Source: an uncultured Granulosicoccaceae bacterium (GTDB taxonomy: Bacteria; Pseudomonadota; Gammaproteobacteria; Granulosicoccales; Granulosicoccaceae). Taken from it: a DNA stretch of 64,000 bases. The notes beneath the pieces were generated by a model. That model was not told the DNA's origin, did no database searches, and worked only from the letters and a program-made list of their open reading frames with translations. This document shows, piece after piece, positions 1 to 9,691 of the stretch. Each line of letters starts with the position of its first letter. Position 1 is the first letter of the stretch. The stretch lies in NCBI GenBank assembly GCA_964390335.1, contig CAYMHU010000001.1, forward strand, positions 158,225 through 222,224, in the 5' to 3' direction. Both the position numbers and the translations under genes were made by a program.

Positions 1-551
1 GCACCTTGTTGCAGGGTTGGCACTATGGAATCAAACATCGCTTGCATAATGCGTGGCACACCCGCCATCACAAACACATTACCCATACAAAACCCTGGTG
101 CTGCCGACACCGGGTTATCAATGAGTGATGCACCTTCTGGGATTCTGGCCATCCTTAGTCTGTCTGAGTTGGGAGTCACATTCCGCTCTGCCCAATAGTC
201 CATCAGTACTTTTTCAGCTTCGGGATGAATATCGATGGGTACGCCAAAGGCCTTAGCGATACAGTCGGCAGTAATATCATCGTGAGTTGGTCCAATACCA
301 CCCGTAGTGAACACATAAGTATTGCGGGTGCGCAGTTCGTTTAAAGTGCTAACAACCACGTCTTCTATATCAGGGATAACGCGCGCTTCGGAAACACGAA
401 TACCATGATCAGCTAATCGGGTTGCCATATACGAAAGGTTCAGATCTTGAGTACGGCCGCTTAAGATCTCGTTACCAATCAGCAGCACTGCCGCTGATGG
501 ATTTGACAAAGAACTTGTGGTGGAGTTTGTATTTGTTGGTGTGGCCACCAA
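1..551 (-). CDS. CinA-like molybdopterin-binding (competence/damage-inducible) protein, 3' end outside window
   Basis: Not in ORF track; manual translation gives AAVLLIGNEILSGRTQDLN...VFTTGGIGPTHDDIT...NPVSAAPGF...MAGVP; probable TTG start at 551 or GTG at 548, in-frame TAG at 572-570. Confidence 0.85.
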   Translation of the reverse strand, partial: MVATPTNTNSTTSSLSNPSAAVLLIGNEILSGRTQDLNLSYMATRLADHGIRVSEARVIPDIEDVVVSTLNELRTRNTYVFTTGGIGPTHDDITADCIAKAFGVPIDIHPEAEKVLMDYWAERNVTPNSDRLRMARIPEGASLIDNPVSAAPGFCMGNVFVMAGVPRIMQAMFDSIVPTLQQG

Positions 552-661
552 GGTGCTCGCTGTAAGATACTAGTATTAAACTATATCCTATTCTGCACGT
601 GAATAAACACATTTCGATCGATGCTGAAAAACGTTTGGCTACTGAGACACAACTACCAATC

Positions 662-1513
662 TTATGGAGGCAGAATCTCGGCAGAAAAAGTTGCTGATGC
701 GTCCCCGCTTGCTGGTACAAAAATATTTGTCCAAAGAACCGTATTTGCTGCAATACTCATGTTTGAAGACGAAGGTAAGCTGACTACCTGTAGATTTCCA
801 AAACCGCTGGGAACAACATCATCCACTCGCACGTCAACAGCATCGTCTGGCCCACTGTTTGACACTGTGAGTGTAAAAACCACAGTATCACCCACAGTCG
901 GGTTTTCATTGTTCACTGACTTATCAATAGTAAGTTCAACTTCATCTTGTAACGCAGTTATATTGCCAGAGGTTGCTGTCAATGAAACGTAGTCAAGCCT
1001 ACTGCCTTTTTCCCGCCGGAGAATCTTCAGTGTATGCTGGCCAGCTGCCAAGTTTGAAAATACGTCTGGCGTTATCAATCTCCAGTAACTTGATCGGTAT
1101 CCGTTAATTATTTGCCAATTGTTCGAGTCAAGCTTGTACCAAAATGAATCGTTAGTAGTGCTTGGCAGAAGTACGTTAATGTCAAATTGAACATCCGTCG
1201 TGTCGCTAAGGCTGAAGTTTATCTGAACTAGGCCTGTATCAGAATCTTCAGGACTACAGTTACAGCCACCCGAGCTGCTGTTCACCGGCCATTCTATGTA
1301 TTGACCGCCAGACGCATTGGTATCATTCAAGACCTCAAACGGTGGGAAACTTGGTTGCGTTGAAAGGCTTTCCAGCTCAACTATTAACGGGTTTGCATTA
1401 ACCGGACTGCTGACCGTCAAGAGAGTCACAGACATCACAGAAGTAGGCAGCAAGATATGTAACAAGCAACTGGATAGAAACCTGATAGCATTCATAAAAG
1501 CGCGAAGTAACAA
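662..1513 (-). CDS. Secreted protein: carbohydrate-binding-like beta-sandwich plus C-terminal DUF11 domain
   Basis: Signal-like N-terminus; DUF11 motif LTIDKSVNNENPTVGDTVVFTLTVSNSGPDDA; GQHTLKILRRE..RLDYVSL resembles CBM-type modules. Confidence 0.65.
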   Translation of the reverse strand: MLLRAFMNAIRFLSSCLLHILLPTSVMSVTLLTVSSPVNANPLIVELESLSTQPSFPPFEVLNDTNASGGQYIEWPVNSSSGGCNCSPEDSDTGLVQINFSLSDTTDVQFDINVLLPSTTNDSFWYKLDSNNWQIINGYRSSYWRLITPDVFSNLAAGQHTLKILRREKGSRLDYVSLTATSGNITALQDEVELTIDKSVNNENPTVGDTVVFTLTVSNSGPDDAVDVRVDDVVPSGFGNLQVVSLPSSSNMSIAANTVLWTNIFVPASGDASATFSAEILPP

Positions 1514-1670
1514 TTACACGAGAAATTATTTGGATCACACTAGCGATGTTTCACGCGCTGAGTGACCTATAGTGATTCACAGAATTGCAACTATAGTACC
1601 GATCAGCGGCACCAACACTTTCAACACAAAAGTAACTGGTTACACGGCCATCAGAATAGACCGCTATCGG

Positions 1671-2234
1671 TTACTCGCCGAGCGCGCAACTGTAAGGGTA
1701 ATCTCGCTCAGACAAATTAGCCGACAACCACAAATAACGCCCCATGATAGAACGCAGATAGGAACCTGGGTTGCCAATTGAACCATCAAAATCGGCAGCA
1801 CTGATTAGAATGCTGGCACCGGTATCTGTCACATGAGCACTGGCTTGAATGCTTCCATCAATGTGGCGAATGACTTCATCATAGCCGGCAACCGGTGTGA
1901 TATCCCCTTCCACAATCTCAACAACGGGTTCTTGCGCGGTTTGCTGCAAACACGTTTGCATATACAGCCACTGCTCTTCTATGTAGCTGCTCTTATCCTT
2001 GACTGATTGGGTGTTATCGTCGTAGTTAATCTGCATACCGATATCAGGTGTAAACTCGATGAGATTTTGACCTTGACCTGCGTTACCTACTGACAGGCCA
2101 GCCTGATCGGAAAGCGGACCATTGACTGTTGAATCGACTGTACCACTACCGCCACCACACGCACTCAAAGCTACTGCTATTGCAGCAAACATAATGGTAC
2201 GGAAAACGGTTTTCGGACTTGTTGCTGTGTTCAT
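1671..2234 (-). CDS. Hypothetical lipoprotein
   Basis: Lipobox LSAC-GGG; ATG 2234 preceded by GAGG (ORF track extends to 2303). Confidence 0.6.
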   Translation of the reverse strand: MNTATSPKTVFRTIMFAAIAVALSACGGGSGTVDSTVNGPLSDQAGLSVGNAGQGQNLIEFTPDIGMQINYDDNTQSVKDKSSYIEEQWLYMQTCLQQTAQEPVVEIVEGDITPVAGYDEVIRHIDGSIQASAHVTDTGASILISAADFDGSIGNPGSYLRSIMGRYLWLSANLSERDYPYSCALGE

Positions 2235-2386
2235 ATAGTCAGCCTCGTCATGGATCGTTATTTCGATCTCTAATACACCTGTACTGGTTAGCGGGCCATG
2301 CAAAATTTCCTACACATTTAAGTGTGATGAATCTCCCAAATTATGTTGGCAGTAATGATGATGACGGCAGTGCGTAACAATCGTTA

Positions 2387-3190
2387 TCAGTTGGGCGTTT
2401 CAGCGCTTTTTTGACGTGCTACAAGGGCTCGATTCAAAGCTCTGGACGCAGCAACTAACCCAAAGGTTCCGGTAACACCACTCACCGAACCATAGCCGTG
2501 ATCGCAATCGAGCGACGCGCCAGGCACACCCGGTTTGGTATGGGTAACGCCGCCGGCACCATCGGGATACTTGGGTTGTTCTGTGGAGAACACACACTCC
2601 ACACCAAAACGTTTTTTAGGGTACCGGCTAAAGCCGTAATCGGTGCGCAAACGTTTACGGACTTTGGATGCCAGCGCATCATTCCAGGTTTGGGACAAAT
2701 CGCATACCTGAATACACAAGGGGTCAATTCGACCACCAGCACCACCCGTGGTGATGATATCGATGCGTTGCCGCTTACAAAACGAGATCATAGCGGCTTT
2801 AAACCGAATGCTGTCTATTGCGTCGATGACCACGTCAAATTGCTGATCAAGATACTTCGATAAGTTACTCTCCGCCAGAAAGTCATCCACCGCGTGCACA
2901 TCACACTCGGGATTAATTTGCTTAACGCGATCTGCCATGAGCGACACTTTTGAGTCACCGATTGTCGTACTCATGGCATGAATTTGTCGATTGATATTGC
3001 CAACAGTCACATCGTCGTGATCTATTATTGTTATATGGCCCACGCCGGTTCTTGCCAACGACTCAACGGCCCAGGAACCGACGCCACCAATACCTACGAC
3101 GCAAAATCGGCATTGCGCCAGCAATTCATACGTTTCGCGGCCGAAAACTCGCGGCAGCGCAGCAAACGCAGTATCAGGAGAAAATGTCAT
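2387..3190 (-). CDS. tcdA: tRNA threonylcarbamoyladenosine dehydratase (ThiF/E1-like)
   Basis: VVGIGGVGSWAVESLARTGVG, DHDDV..NINRQ, IITTGGAGGRIDP, FGVECVFSTEQ, GTFG. Confidence 0.9.
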   Translation of the reverse strand: MTFSPDTAFAALPRVFGRETYELLAQCRFCVVGIGGVGSWAVESLARTGVGHITIIDHDDVTVGNINRQIHAMSTTIGDSKVSLMADRVKQINPECDVHAVDDFLAESNLSKYLDQQFDVVIDAIDSIRFKAAMISFCKRQRIDIITTGGAGGRIDPLCIQVCDLSQTWNDALASKVRKRLRTDYGFSRYPKKRFGVECVFSTEQPKYPDGAGGVTHTKPGVPGASLDCDHGYGSVSGVTGTFGLVAASRALNRALVARQKSAETPN

Positions 3191-3483
3191 CTGTCGAACT
3201 CAATAATGCGGAGACCTGGGTGGTGTATATCTTACGATGTCGCGACGATTCACTGTACACCGGAATTACCACCGATCTGCCACGCCGGCTACTAGAGCAC
3301 AATTCATCCAAACGCGGCGCGAGCTACACCCGTGGACGTCGGCCGGTCGATGTGGTTTTTAGCCAAAGTGCGCCTGATCGCTCAACTGCCAGCAAGCTTG
3401 AAGCCCGCATCAAGTCACTTAACAGGGCTGCTAAAGAGTCACTAATTGAGGAGGGTTTTGCTGGGCCCCAAAGCCAACCATGA
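3184..3483 (+). CDS. GIY-YIG nuclease family protein (UPF0213/YhbQ-like)
   Basis: WVVYILRCRDDSLYTGITTDLPRRLLEHN..GASYTRGRRPV..ASKLEARIK; start uncertain. Confidence 0.85.
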   Translation: MSSVELNNAETWVVYILRCRDDSLYTGITTDLPRRLLEHNSSKRGASYTRGRRPVDVVFSQSAPDRSTASKLEARIKSLNRAAKESLIEEGFAGPQSQP

Positions 3484-3774
3484 GTCAATTATGAGCCAAC
3501 TTTTGGACCATTCTTGAGCCCCTCGAAACCCGAGCCGACGCTGGAATAAGTTGCCAATTCGCGGTACAATCCACCCTGCTAAAGATTGCAGAAAACTCAC
3601 CCACCTGGTGCAGCCGGAATCCCGGTTCAGTGCAATCTGCCAGACCACCTTCTTAGTGTAAGTAGGTTACAGGCGTAGTAATCGTTCGAGACACGCTACA
3701 TCAGATCGCTCAGACCTGATCGGCATACTGCCGGTAGTCCGCTTTTGCGGTTTGAAAATGATAGAGGCCTATAA

Positions 3775-4041
3775 GTGAAAAAAATGTTTGTTGGTGGCTT
3801 GCCGCTAGAATCTACAGAAGAAACCGTAACGCAACTATTTGGCGAATATGGCACGGTGCGCTCGATTAAATTAGCCGCTGACGTATTCAGTGGAAAATGC
3901 AAAGGATTTGGTTTTGTGGAAATGGAAGGCCACGAAGCACGGGCTGCCATTGCCGGACTCAACGGCAAAATTGTTGGCGATAAGTCGCTCAAAGTTCAAT
4001 TTGAAGAACCCCGTAAAGGTAAAGGCGGACGCCGACGATAA
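3775..4041 (+). CDS. Single-RRM RNA-binding protein
   Basis: RNP2 MFVGGLP, RNP1 KGFGFVEM, basic Gly/Arg tail; GTG start. Confidence 0.9.
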   Translation: MKKMFVGGLPLESTEETVTQLFGEYGTVRSIKLAADVFSGKCKGFGFVEMEGHEARAAIAGLNGKIVGDKSLKVQFEEPRKGKGGRRR

Positions 4042-4047
4042 ATACCC

Positions 4048-4078
4048 GCGGCCGGAGACCAACTTGGCTTCCGGCTGC
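4048..4078 (+). other. GC-rich hairpin directly after RRM gene (possible terminator or stabiliser)
   Basis: GCGGCCGGA..CCAA-C-TTGG..TCCGGCTGC; no adjacent U-tract. Confidence 0.35.
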
Positions 4079-4291
4079 AACCTCGATATTGCGTTTTTTG
4101 TACTCAAAATCGCTCATCAACATCTATAATTAAACTCAAGGCGGGTCAGAGTCAATCACCTGGTCCCACAGCTCAAAAGGCAACAATGTACGGCGATATG
4201 CACCGCGATTTGTTCGATAGTTTTCTCGGTTTCTATATCGGAAGACATATCGGCGGCGGCGCTGCAAAGACATTGGCAGTGATATCCGCCA

Positions 4292-4993
4292 GTGAATGAG
4301 CCGACGCAATCAAAACTAACCAGCCGAAGCATTCGCAGCTTTGTTATTCGTAAAGGTCGATTGACCAAAGCGCAAGCGGCAGCAATGCAGACGCTGCTGC
4401 CCAAATACGGTGTTAGTTTCGATGCGCAATCACCGATAGTTGCAACGAAGTTGTTTGGACGGGTTGCGCCTTTGTGGGTGGAAATCGGATTTGGCAATGG
4501 TGATGCGCTTATCGACATGGCGCTACGGTACCCCGACACCAACTTTATCGGAATTGAAGTGCATGAGCCCGGCGTGGGTCAGGCACTGTCTGCAATTGCA
4601 GCCAATCAATTGACCAACGTGCGTGTCATGCAGCACGATGCGGTAGAGATCTTGCAGCAAATGTTTACCGCAAACTCGATTGACAGAGTGCTACTGTTTT
4701 TCCCTGACCCATGGCGGAAAAAGCGGCACTTCAAGCGACGTATAGTGCAAAAGGACTTTGTCGATCTTGTTGCTTCACGTTTAGTAACAGGCGGCGTATT
4801 CCATTGCGCAAGTGATTGGCAAGACTACGCAGAATGGATGTTGGAACGGCTGGAGGCTTGCGAGATGCTGGCAAATCAAGCCGCTCCGGGTGAGTATTCA
4901 CCCAGACCTGAATGGCGCACTAATACTCGTTTTGAACAACGGGGTGAACGCCTGGGTCACAGTGTTTTTGATTTGTTATACACACGGCGCTAG
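4292..4993 (+). CDS. trmB: tRNA (guanine-N7)-methyltransferase
   Basis: IRSFVIRKGRLT, VEIGFGNG, FIGIEVH, FFPDPWRKKRHFKRR, TRFEQRG. Confidence 0.95.
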   Translation: MNEPTQSKLTSRSIRSFVIRKGRLTKAQAAAMQTLLPKYGVSFDAQSPIVATKLFGRVAPLWVEIGFGNGDALIDMALRYPDTNFIGIEVHEPGVGQALSAIAANQLTNVRVMQHDAVEILQQMFTANSIDRVLLFFPDPWRKKRHFKRRIVQKDFVDLVASRLVTGGVFHCASDWQDYAEWMLERLEACEMLANQAAPGEYSPRPEWRTNTRFEQRGERLGHSVFDLLYTRR

Positions 4994-5044
4994 AGTGGCG
5001 CAGCCCGATCAGCAACTTGTGCTATTGGGTTTTTGGACACCTGA

Positions 5045-6901
5045 ATGATCGACGCGATTACGCTTAACTTAGAAATGATTGTAGTGCTGGTACTACTGGC
5101 CTTTACGATCTTCTTGTTCGCGTTTGAAATAGTACGGGTTGATGTTGCCGCCATTATCATCATGGTTTTACTGGGACTATCAACCATGGTCCCGGCTATC
5201 ACCCCACTGCTCTCCCAACAGGAACTGTTTTCCGGTTTTTCGAGTAACGCGGTTATCTCTGTCATTGCCGTTATGATCATTGGCGCCGGTCTCGATAAAA
5301 CCGGCTTGATGGGTAAGCTTGCGCAGCTCATATTAAATAAAGGCGGCAAAACCGAAAGCCGAATTATTCCGTTGGTATCCGGTACCGTGGCGTTTATCTC
5401 GAGCTTTATGCAGAACATTGGTGCTGCGGCGCTTTTCCTACCGGTTGTTAATAGAATCTCCGCACGAACCGATATTCCCATGTCGCGCCTACTCATGCCG
5501 ATGGGCTTTTGCGCCATTCTGGGTGGTACAGCCACCATGATTGGCTCTAGCCCACTTATCTTGTTAAACGACTTAATCATTTCGTCGAATAAAACCCTGG
5601 CACCCGATCAGCAAATGGACACGTTTGGACTGTTTGCTGTAACACCAATCGGTATTGCGCTGGTTATAACTGGCATTGTGTATTTCGTATTGGCCGGTCG
5701 GTTTGTATTGCCACAGGTTCGGGTAACTGACCAAAACCGCACGAGTCGCACCACGGATTACTTCGAAAGTTTATATGGCATTGGTGGTGAACTTCTGGAA
5801 GCACGCGTTACCGACGATAGCCCTATGGTTGGTATGAGCATCCGCCAAATAGAACAAAATTACCCAAACTGCCCTTTGATATTGGCTTTATACAGTGGTG
5901 ATGTTGTCAAGATTCCACCCGACCGCGAAGAAGTTGTGTGGGTAGGCACACACGTGGGTGTCATGGGTGATCAAAAACACCTTGATGCATTTTGCGAAGA
6001 ACACAAATGGGAACTGCGCGGCGAACCCGATCGATTCGCGGATGTGCTTAATCCGCAACACAGTGGCATCGCCGAATTAGTAATTCCGCCAGGCTCCAGT
6101 CTGGTTGGAAAAGAAATTAAAGACGTCAAACCACGGCGCAACTTCGGTGCGAACATCTTGCAAATTTATCGTACCGATCAGGTTATTAAGCGCGAATTCG
6201 CAGATCAAGTGCTGCAACCGGGCGACACGCTTGTTGTACACGCCAGTTGGAAAGATCTGAAAAAACTCTCACGCAACCGCGATTTTGTTATAGCTACCGA
6301 AGTGAAGTACGAAGATTTACGTACCAATAAAGTTCGTGAAGCCGCCATCTTTTTCTGTTTAGCACTGGCGCTGTTTCTAATTACCGATAATTTATCGGTG
6401 TCGTTACTAACCGGTGCCATGGGCATGGTTTTATCTGGTGTACTAACCATTGATGAAGCCTACGACGCCGTAAGCTGGCAAACGGTATTCTTACTGGCCT
6501 CATTAATTCCGTTAGGTATTGCAGTGGACCAGTCGGGCACCGCTGCGTGGATCGCACAGGAAATTCTAGTCTTGGTGGGCGATGTACCCAATTGGGTTTT
6601 GCAGGTGGTGGTTGCAGGCCTTGCTACGTTCTTCACACTGGTGATGTCGAACATCGGTGCTACCGTACTACTGGTGCCTTTAGCCGTTAACATTGCCGTG
6701 GCCGTTGGTGCCGACCCAGCCGTATTCGCATTAACGGTTGCCATTTCCACATCTAATTCTTTTTTAATTCCTACGCATCAAGTTAACGCGCTTATCATGG
6801 GTCCAGGTGGTTACCAAGTAGCGGACTTTATGCGCGCAGGAGGCATCATGACTATCTTGTTTATGGTGGTTAGCCTTGTCATGCTGAATTTGGTGGTTTA
6901 A
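5045..6901 (+). CDS. SLC13/DASS family permease with TrkA-C (RCK-C) domains
   Basis: Multiple TM segments, SSFMQNIGAAA and LGGTATMIGSSPLI motifs, central soluble RCK-C region, MSNIGAT and PTHQVNALIMGPGGY. Confidence 0.85.
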   Translation: MIDAITLNLEMIVVLVLLAFTIFLFAFEIVRVDVAAIIIMVLLGLSTMVPAITPLLSQQELFSGFSSNAVISVIAVMIIGAGLDKTGLMGKLAQLILNKGGKTESRIIPLVSGTVAFISSFMQNIGAAALFLPVVNRISARTDIPMSRLLMPMGFCAILGGTATMIGSSPLILLNDLIISSNKTLAPDQQMDTFGLFAVTPIGIALVITGIVYFVLAGRFVLPQVRVTDQNRTSRTTDYFESLYGIGGELLEARVTDDSPMVGMSIRQIEQNYPNCPLILALYSGDVVKIPPDREEVVWVGTHVGVMGDQKHLDAFCEEHKWELRGEPDRFADVLNPQHSGIAELVIPPGSSLVGKEIKDVKPRRNFGANILQIYRTDQVIKREFADQVLQPGDTLVVHASWKDLKKLSRNRDFVIATEVKYEDLRTNKVREAAIFFCLALALFLITDNLSVSLLTGAMGMVLSGVLTIDEAYDAVSWQTVFLLASLIPLGIAVDQSGTAAWIAQEILVLVGDVPNWVLQVVVAGLATFFTLVMSNIGATVLLVPLAVNIAVAVGADPAVFALTVAISTSNSFLIPTHQVNALIMGPGGYQVADFMRAGGIMTILFMVVSLVMLNLVV

Positions 6902-6939
6902 CCACTCGATCGAAAACACAAATAGATTTGGAGGTCAGT

Positions 6940-7326
6940 ATGTCAGATGATAACCAGTCAAATGATAAAAACCCGTTTCCGGATACTCAGTTCAAAGCGC
7001 ATAAATTTTCAAGGGCCGATATGAGCGGTGCAGATTTTGATGGCGTTAACTTGAGCAATGCAACGTTTTGGACTGTGCTTAAAAATGGCAAGTTCACTGA
7101 CAGTAATTTAGAAGCCTGTGAGTTCAACGATGTGAATCTGTCAAACAGTGTCTATGAGAACATAAACCTAAGTAACACAACATTCAACAATATCAATATG
7201 GTTGATGTGCGTTTCAGCAACTTGAACCTGGCCAATGCAGAGATTACTGAAGCTAACTTACAAGGCATGAAAATTAACGGTGTTCTGGTTAGCGACCTGT
7301 TCGAGGCATACGAAAAACAACAATAG
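6940..7326 (+). CDS. Pentapeptide-repeat protein
   Basis: ADMSG/ADFDG/VNLSN/INLSN/LNLAN repeats; GGAGG RBS at 6930-6934. Confidence 0.8.
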   Translation: MSDDNQSNDKNPFPDTQFKAHKFSRADMSGADFDGVNLSNATFWTVLKNGKFTDSNLEACEFNDVNLSNSVYENINLSNTTFNNINMVDVRFSNLNLANAEITEANLQGMKINGVLVSDLFEAYEKQQ

Positions 7327-7367
7327 CTGTATTTGAAATTTCGCCTATGCGCTAAATAGGAAACATT

Positions 7368-8057
7368 GTGTTGGACGTTGATTGGTTAGCAGAAGCAATA
7401 TCGAACAACGCAGCATGGTGCGATGCCATAGCATCTTCCCACAACGTTCCCACCAGCTGGAATGAGTCGTATTGGATGAGTAAACATCCGATGCCGCGTT
7501 TCTACCCCAATATCATCACACTCAAAAGTGATACCGCAATCGATAATCAAATCGACATCATTAAACCTCAACTTCCATCAGGCTGGGGCATTAAAGACAG
7601 CTTTGCAGAGTTAGATTTACATAGCAATGGGTTCTCACCAGCATTCGATGCACATTGGTATTGCCGAGTGCCAACAAATGGCATCATTGATAATTTTAAG
7701 CGGCAACACCATGTTCATACTGTAAAGACACAGCTTGAACTGAATCGCTGGGCGAGCGCATGGGGCGACGGCACTGATATTTTTAATGCTGCGTTATTGG
7801 AGAAGCAGTGCGTTGAACTGCTGTACATTGAGCACCACAACAATATAGTGGCTGGCTTGGCCATAAACCTCAGCGGTCATTCAGTCGGTATTTCCAATGC
7901 GTTTGGTTCGCCAAATGAATTGCTGAGCAGCGTTGCGTCAGTCATTGAAAAAAATCCAGACAAGGGCCTCGTTGGTTATGGTGATCAAACAGAGATGGCG
8001 CTGCTCAGTAAAATTGGATTCCGGAACATCGGTGATATGCGAGTGTGGGAAAGATGA
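7368..8057 (+). CDS. Hypothetical protein
   Basis: 229-aa ORF, GTG start, stop overlaps next ATG (ATGA). Confidence 0.6.
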   Translation: MLDVDWLAEAISNNAAWCDAIASSHNVPTSWNESYWMSKHPMPRFYPNIITLKSDTAIDNQIDIIKPQLPSGWGIKDSFAELDLHSNGFSPAFDAHWYCRVPTNGIIDNFKRQHHVHTVKTQLELNRWASAWGDGTDIFNAALLEKQCVELLYIEHHNNIVAGLAINLSGHSVGISNAFGSPNELLSSVASVIEKNPDKGLVGYGDQTEMALLSKIGFRNIGDMRVWER

Positions 8058-9008
8058 AAACTGACGTATCGGTAGCAGTTATTGGCGGTGGCATCGTTGG
8101 AGCATCATTGCTTTATTGGTTGGCCAAGTCGGGTGGGACAGACACAGTATTGCTGGAACGTCGCGAACTCACCTCCGGCTCAACCTGGCATGCAGCCGGT
8201 AACACCACGTATTTTGGCCCTTTTCCAAAAATGACATCGCTGTTTGCAGGATCAATACGCACCTACTTACAGGCCGAACAAGAGTCTGGGCAGTCGGTCG
8301 GTTTTCACCAAACTGGCAGTCTGCGATTAGCGGCGACTGCCAGAGAATTAGAGCTGTTCCACACCTATGCTTCGCGCTACCAGGATCTTGGGATTCCGTA
8401 TCATATTCGCACCCCGGAAGAAGTGGCTGAGTTGCACCCGTTCGTTAACATTAAAGACATCCATGGTGCTGCCCATACGCCAACAGATGGCCATGTTGAT
8501 CCGACCGGTGCGACCACTGCGTTGGCAAAGGCAGCGCAAAGCTTGGGGGCTGAAATTAAACGTCATTGTCCTGTAAACGCAATCATCAAAAGTGGTGACA
8601 CATGGCTATTGGAGATGCCAGACGGGAGATTGACTGCGCAACATGTTGTCGTAGCCACCTCGTTCTGGGCTCGCGAAATGCTCGCACCACTGGGTCTGAA
8701 CGTGCCGGTTTATGCAACACAACATCATGAAATTATTACAGAGAACCTGTCTGAAATTGCCAAGCTCGACACCGAGTTACCGGCAATGCGTGATAGTTGG
8801 GTGTCGTGTAACGTTCGACAAGAGCAGTATTGGCACGGGTGGCGGATCAGCCGAGTTCCTTGCCAAATGGATTACTACTGGAAGCCCACCTCCTGAGCTT
8901 GATGCCATGCATGCTGATCGATTTGGTAACGCAATGGAGAGGGACGCAGCGTTGGATGCGATTAGGCAGGTCTATGCTCGCGGTTATCAATTGCCCGAAT
9001 CAATCTAG
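8054..9008 (+). pseudogene. FAD-dependent oxidoreductase (dimethylglycine/sarcosine dehydrogenase N-domain-like), internally deleted and frameshifted near 8826
   Basis: VAVIGGGIVG, ELTSGSTWHAAG, HTPTDGHVDP up to VRQEQ; C-terminal SIGTGGGSAEFLAKWITTG..DRF continues in another frame; the GPI/TPDG region is absent. Confidence 0.75.
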
Positions 9009-9030
9009 AGCAATGGATACTGTTAGTTAT

Positions 9031-9528
9031 TTATTTGATGCTTAGGCAATACACACTGGCCGTTACACCAACACTGCTATCATTGGGTGGCAACAAAGTT
9101 GGGCATCTATAGAAAGTTGAACCAGCCACTGATGTAACGGTGAATCCACCTGACACATCACACGCACCACCTGTCGCTACTGAATCGGCAGGGCAAAAAG
9201 CGGTACAGCCAAATCTCGTATTTGGCCCTCCCATACAGCTTTGCGTTACCAAGGTAATCGGTGAGTTGGATTCGGTGTTAACTTCCCCTATTACTAATTC
9301 GGAGCTTTCAGCGTTCCACATGGTGTCAAAAACAACCAACTGATAAACTCCAGGCTCTACATCGCAAGGTGATGTGGCAACGGATGCAGAATCACAAACC
9401 GTTTGGTAGTTATCTGTAACCGATTGAAGCTGTGCCAATGCTACATCCGGCCCGGAAGGTAAGTTGTATTCGACAGCATTGGCAACTCCGAAAACAAACA
9501 ATAGAGGAAATATGGCTTTGAAATGCAT
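9031..9528 (-). CDS. Secreted Cys-rich hypothetical protein
   Basis: Signal peptide (ANA cleavage), 165 aa, CPADSVATGGAC...YCL C-terminal module. Confidence 0.6.
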   Translation of the reverse strand: MHFKAIFPLLFVFGVANAVEYNLPSGPDVALAQLQSVTDNYQTVCDSASVATSPCDVEPGVYQLVVFDTMWNAESSELVIGEVNTESNSPITLVTQSCMGGPNTRFGCTAFCPADSVATGGACDVSGGFTVTSVAGSTFYRCPTLLPPNDSSVGVTASVYCLSIK

Positions 9529-9631
9529 TATCGACTCCGTATCAACAAACTGAACAGAAAATAAAATACGCCATCTGGTTTGTCAAGCTATACCTCCCTT
9601 AGCCTTAGCCCTAGACCGCGAAAACGAATTG

Positions 9632-9660
9632 GGAACGCGTACTGTGTGCCAAACCTAGAA
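9632..9660 (+). repeat. Degenerate copy of ~24-bp cassette-boundary repeat (R0)
   Basis: GGAAC-GCGTACT-GTGTGCCA-AACCTAGAA, resembling R3; 31 bp past HNH stop. Confidence 0.35.
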
Positions 9661-9691
9661 AATTCAATAAAGCTTCACAGATTAACCTGAA

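Noticed and set aside
472-753. 93-aa minus-strand ORF
   Set aside because: Shadow frame overlapping the true CinA-like gene and the DUF11 gene; no family signal.
3028-3183. N-terminal extension of the GIY-YIG ORF
   Set aside because: Antisense to tcdA; family similarity starts at about 3184.
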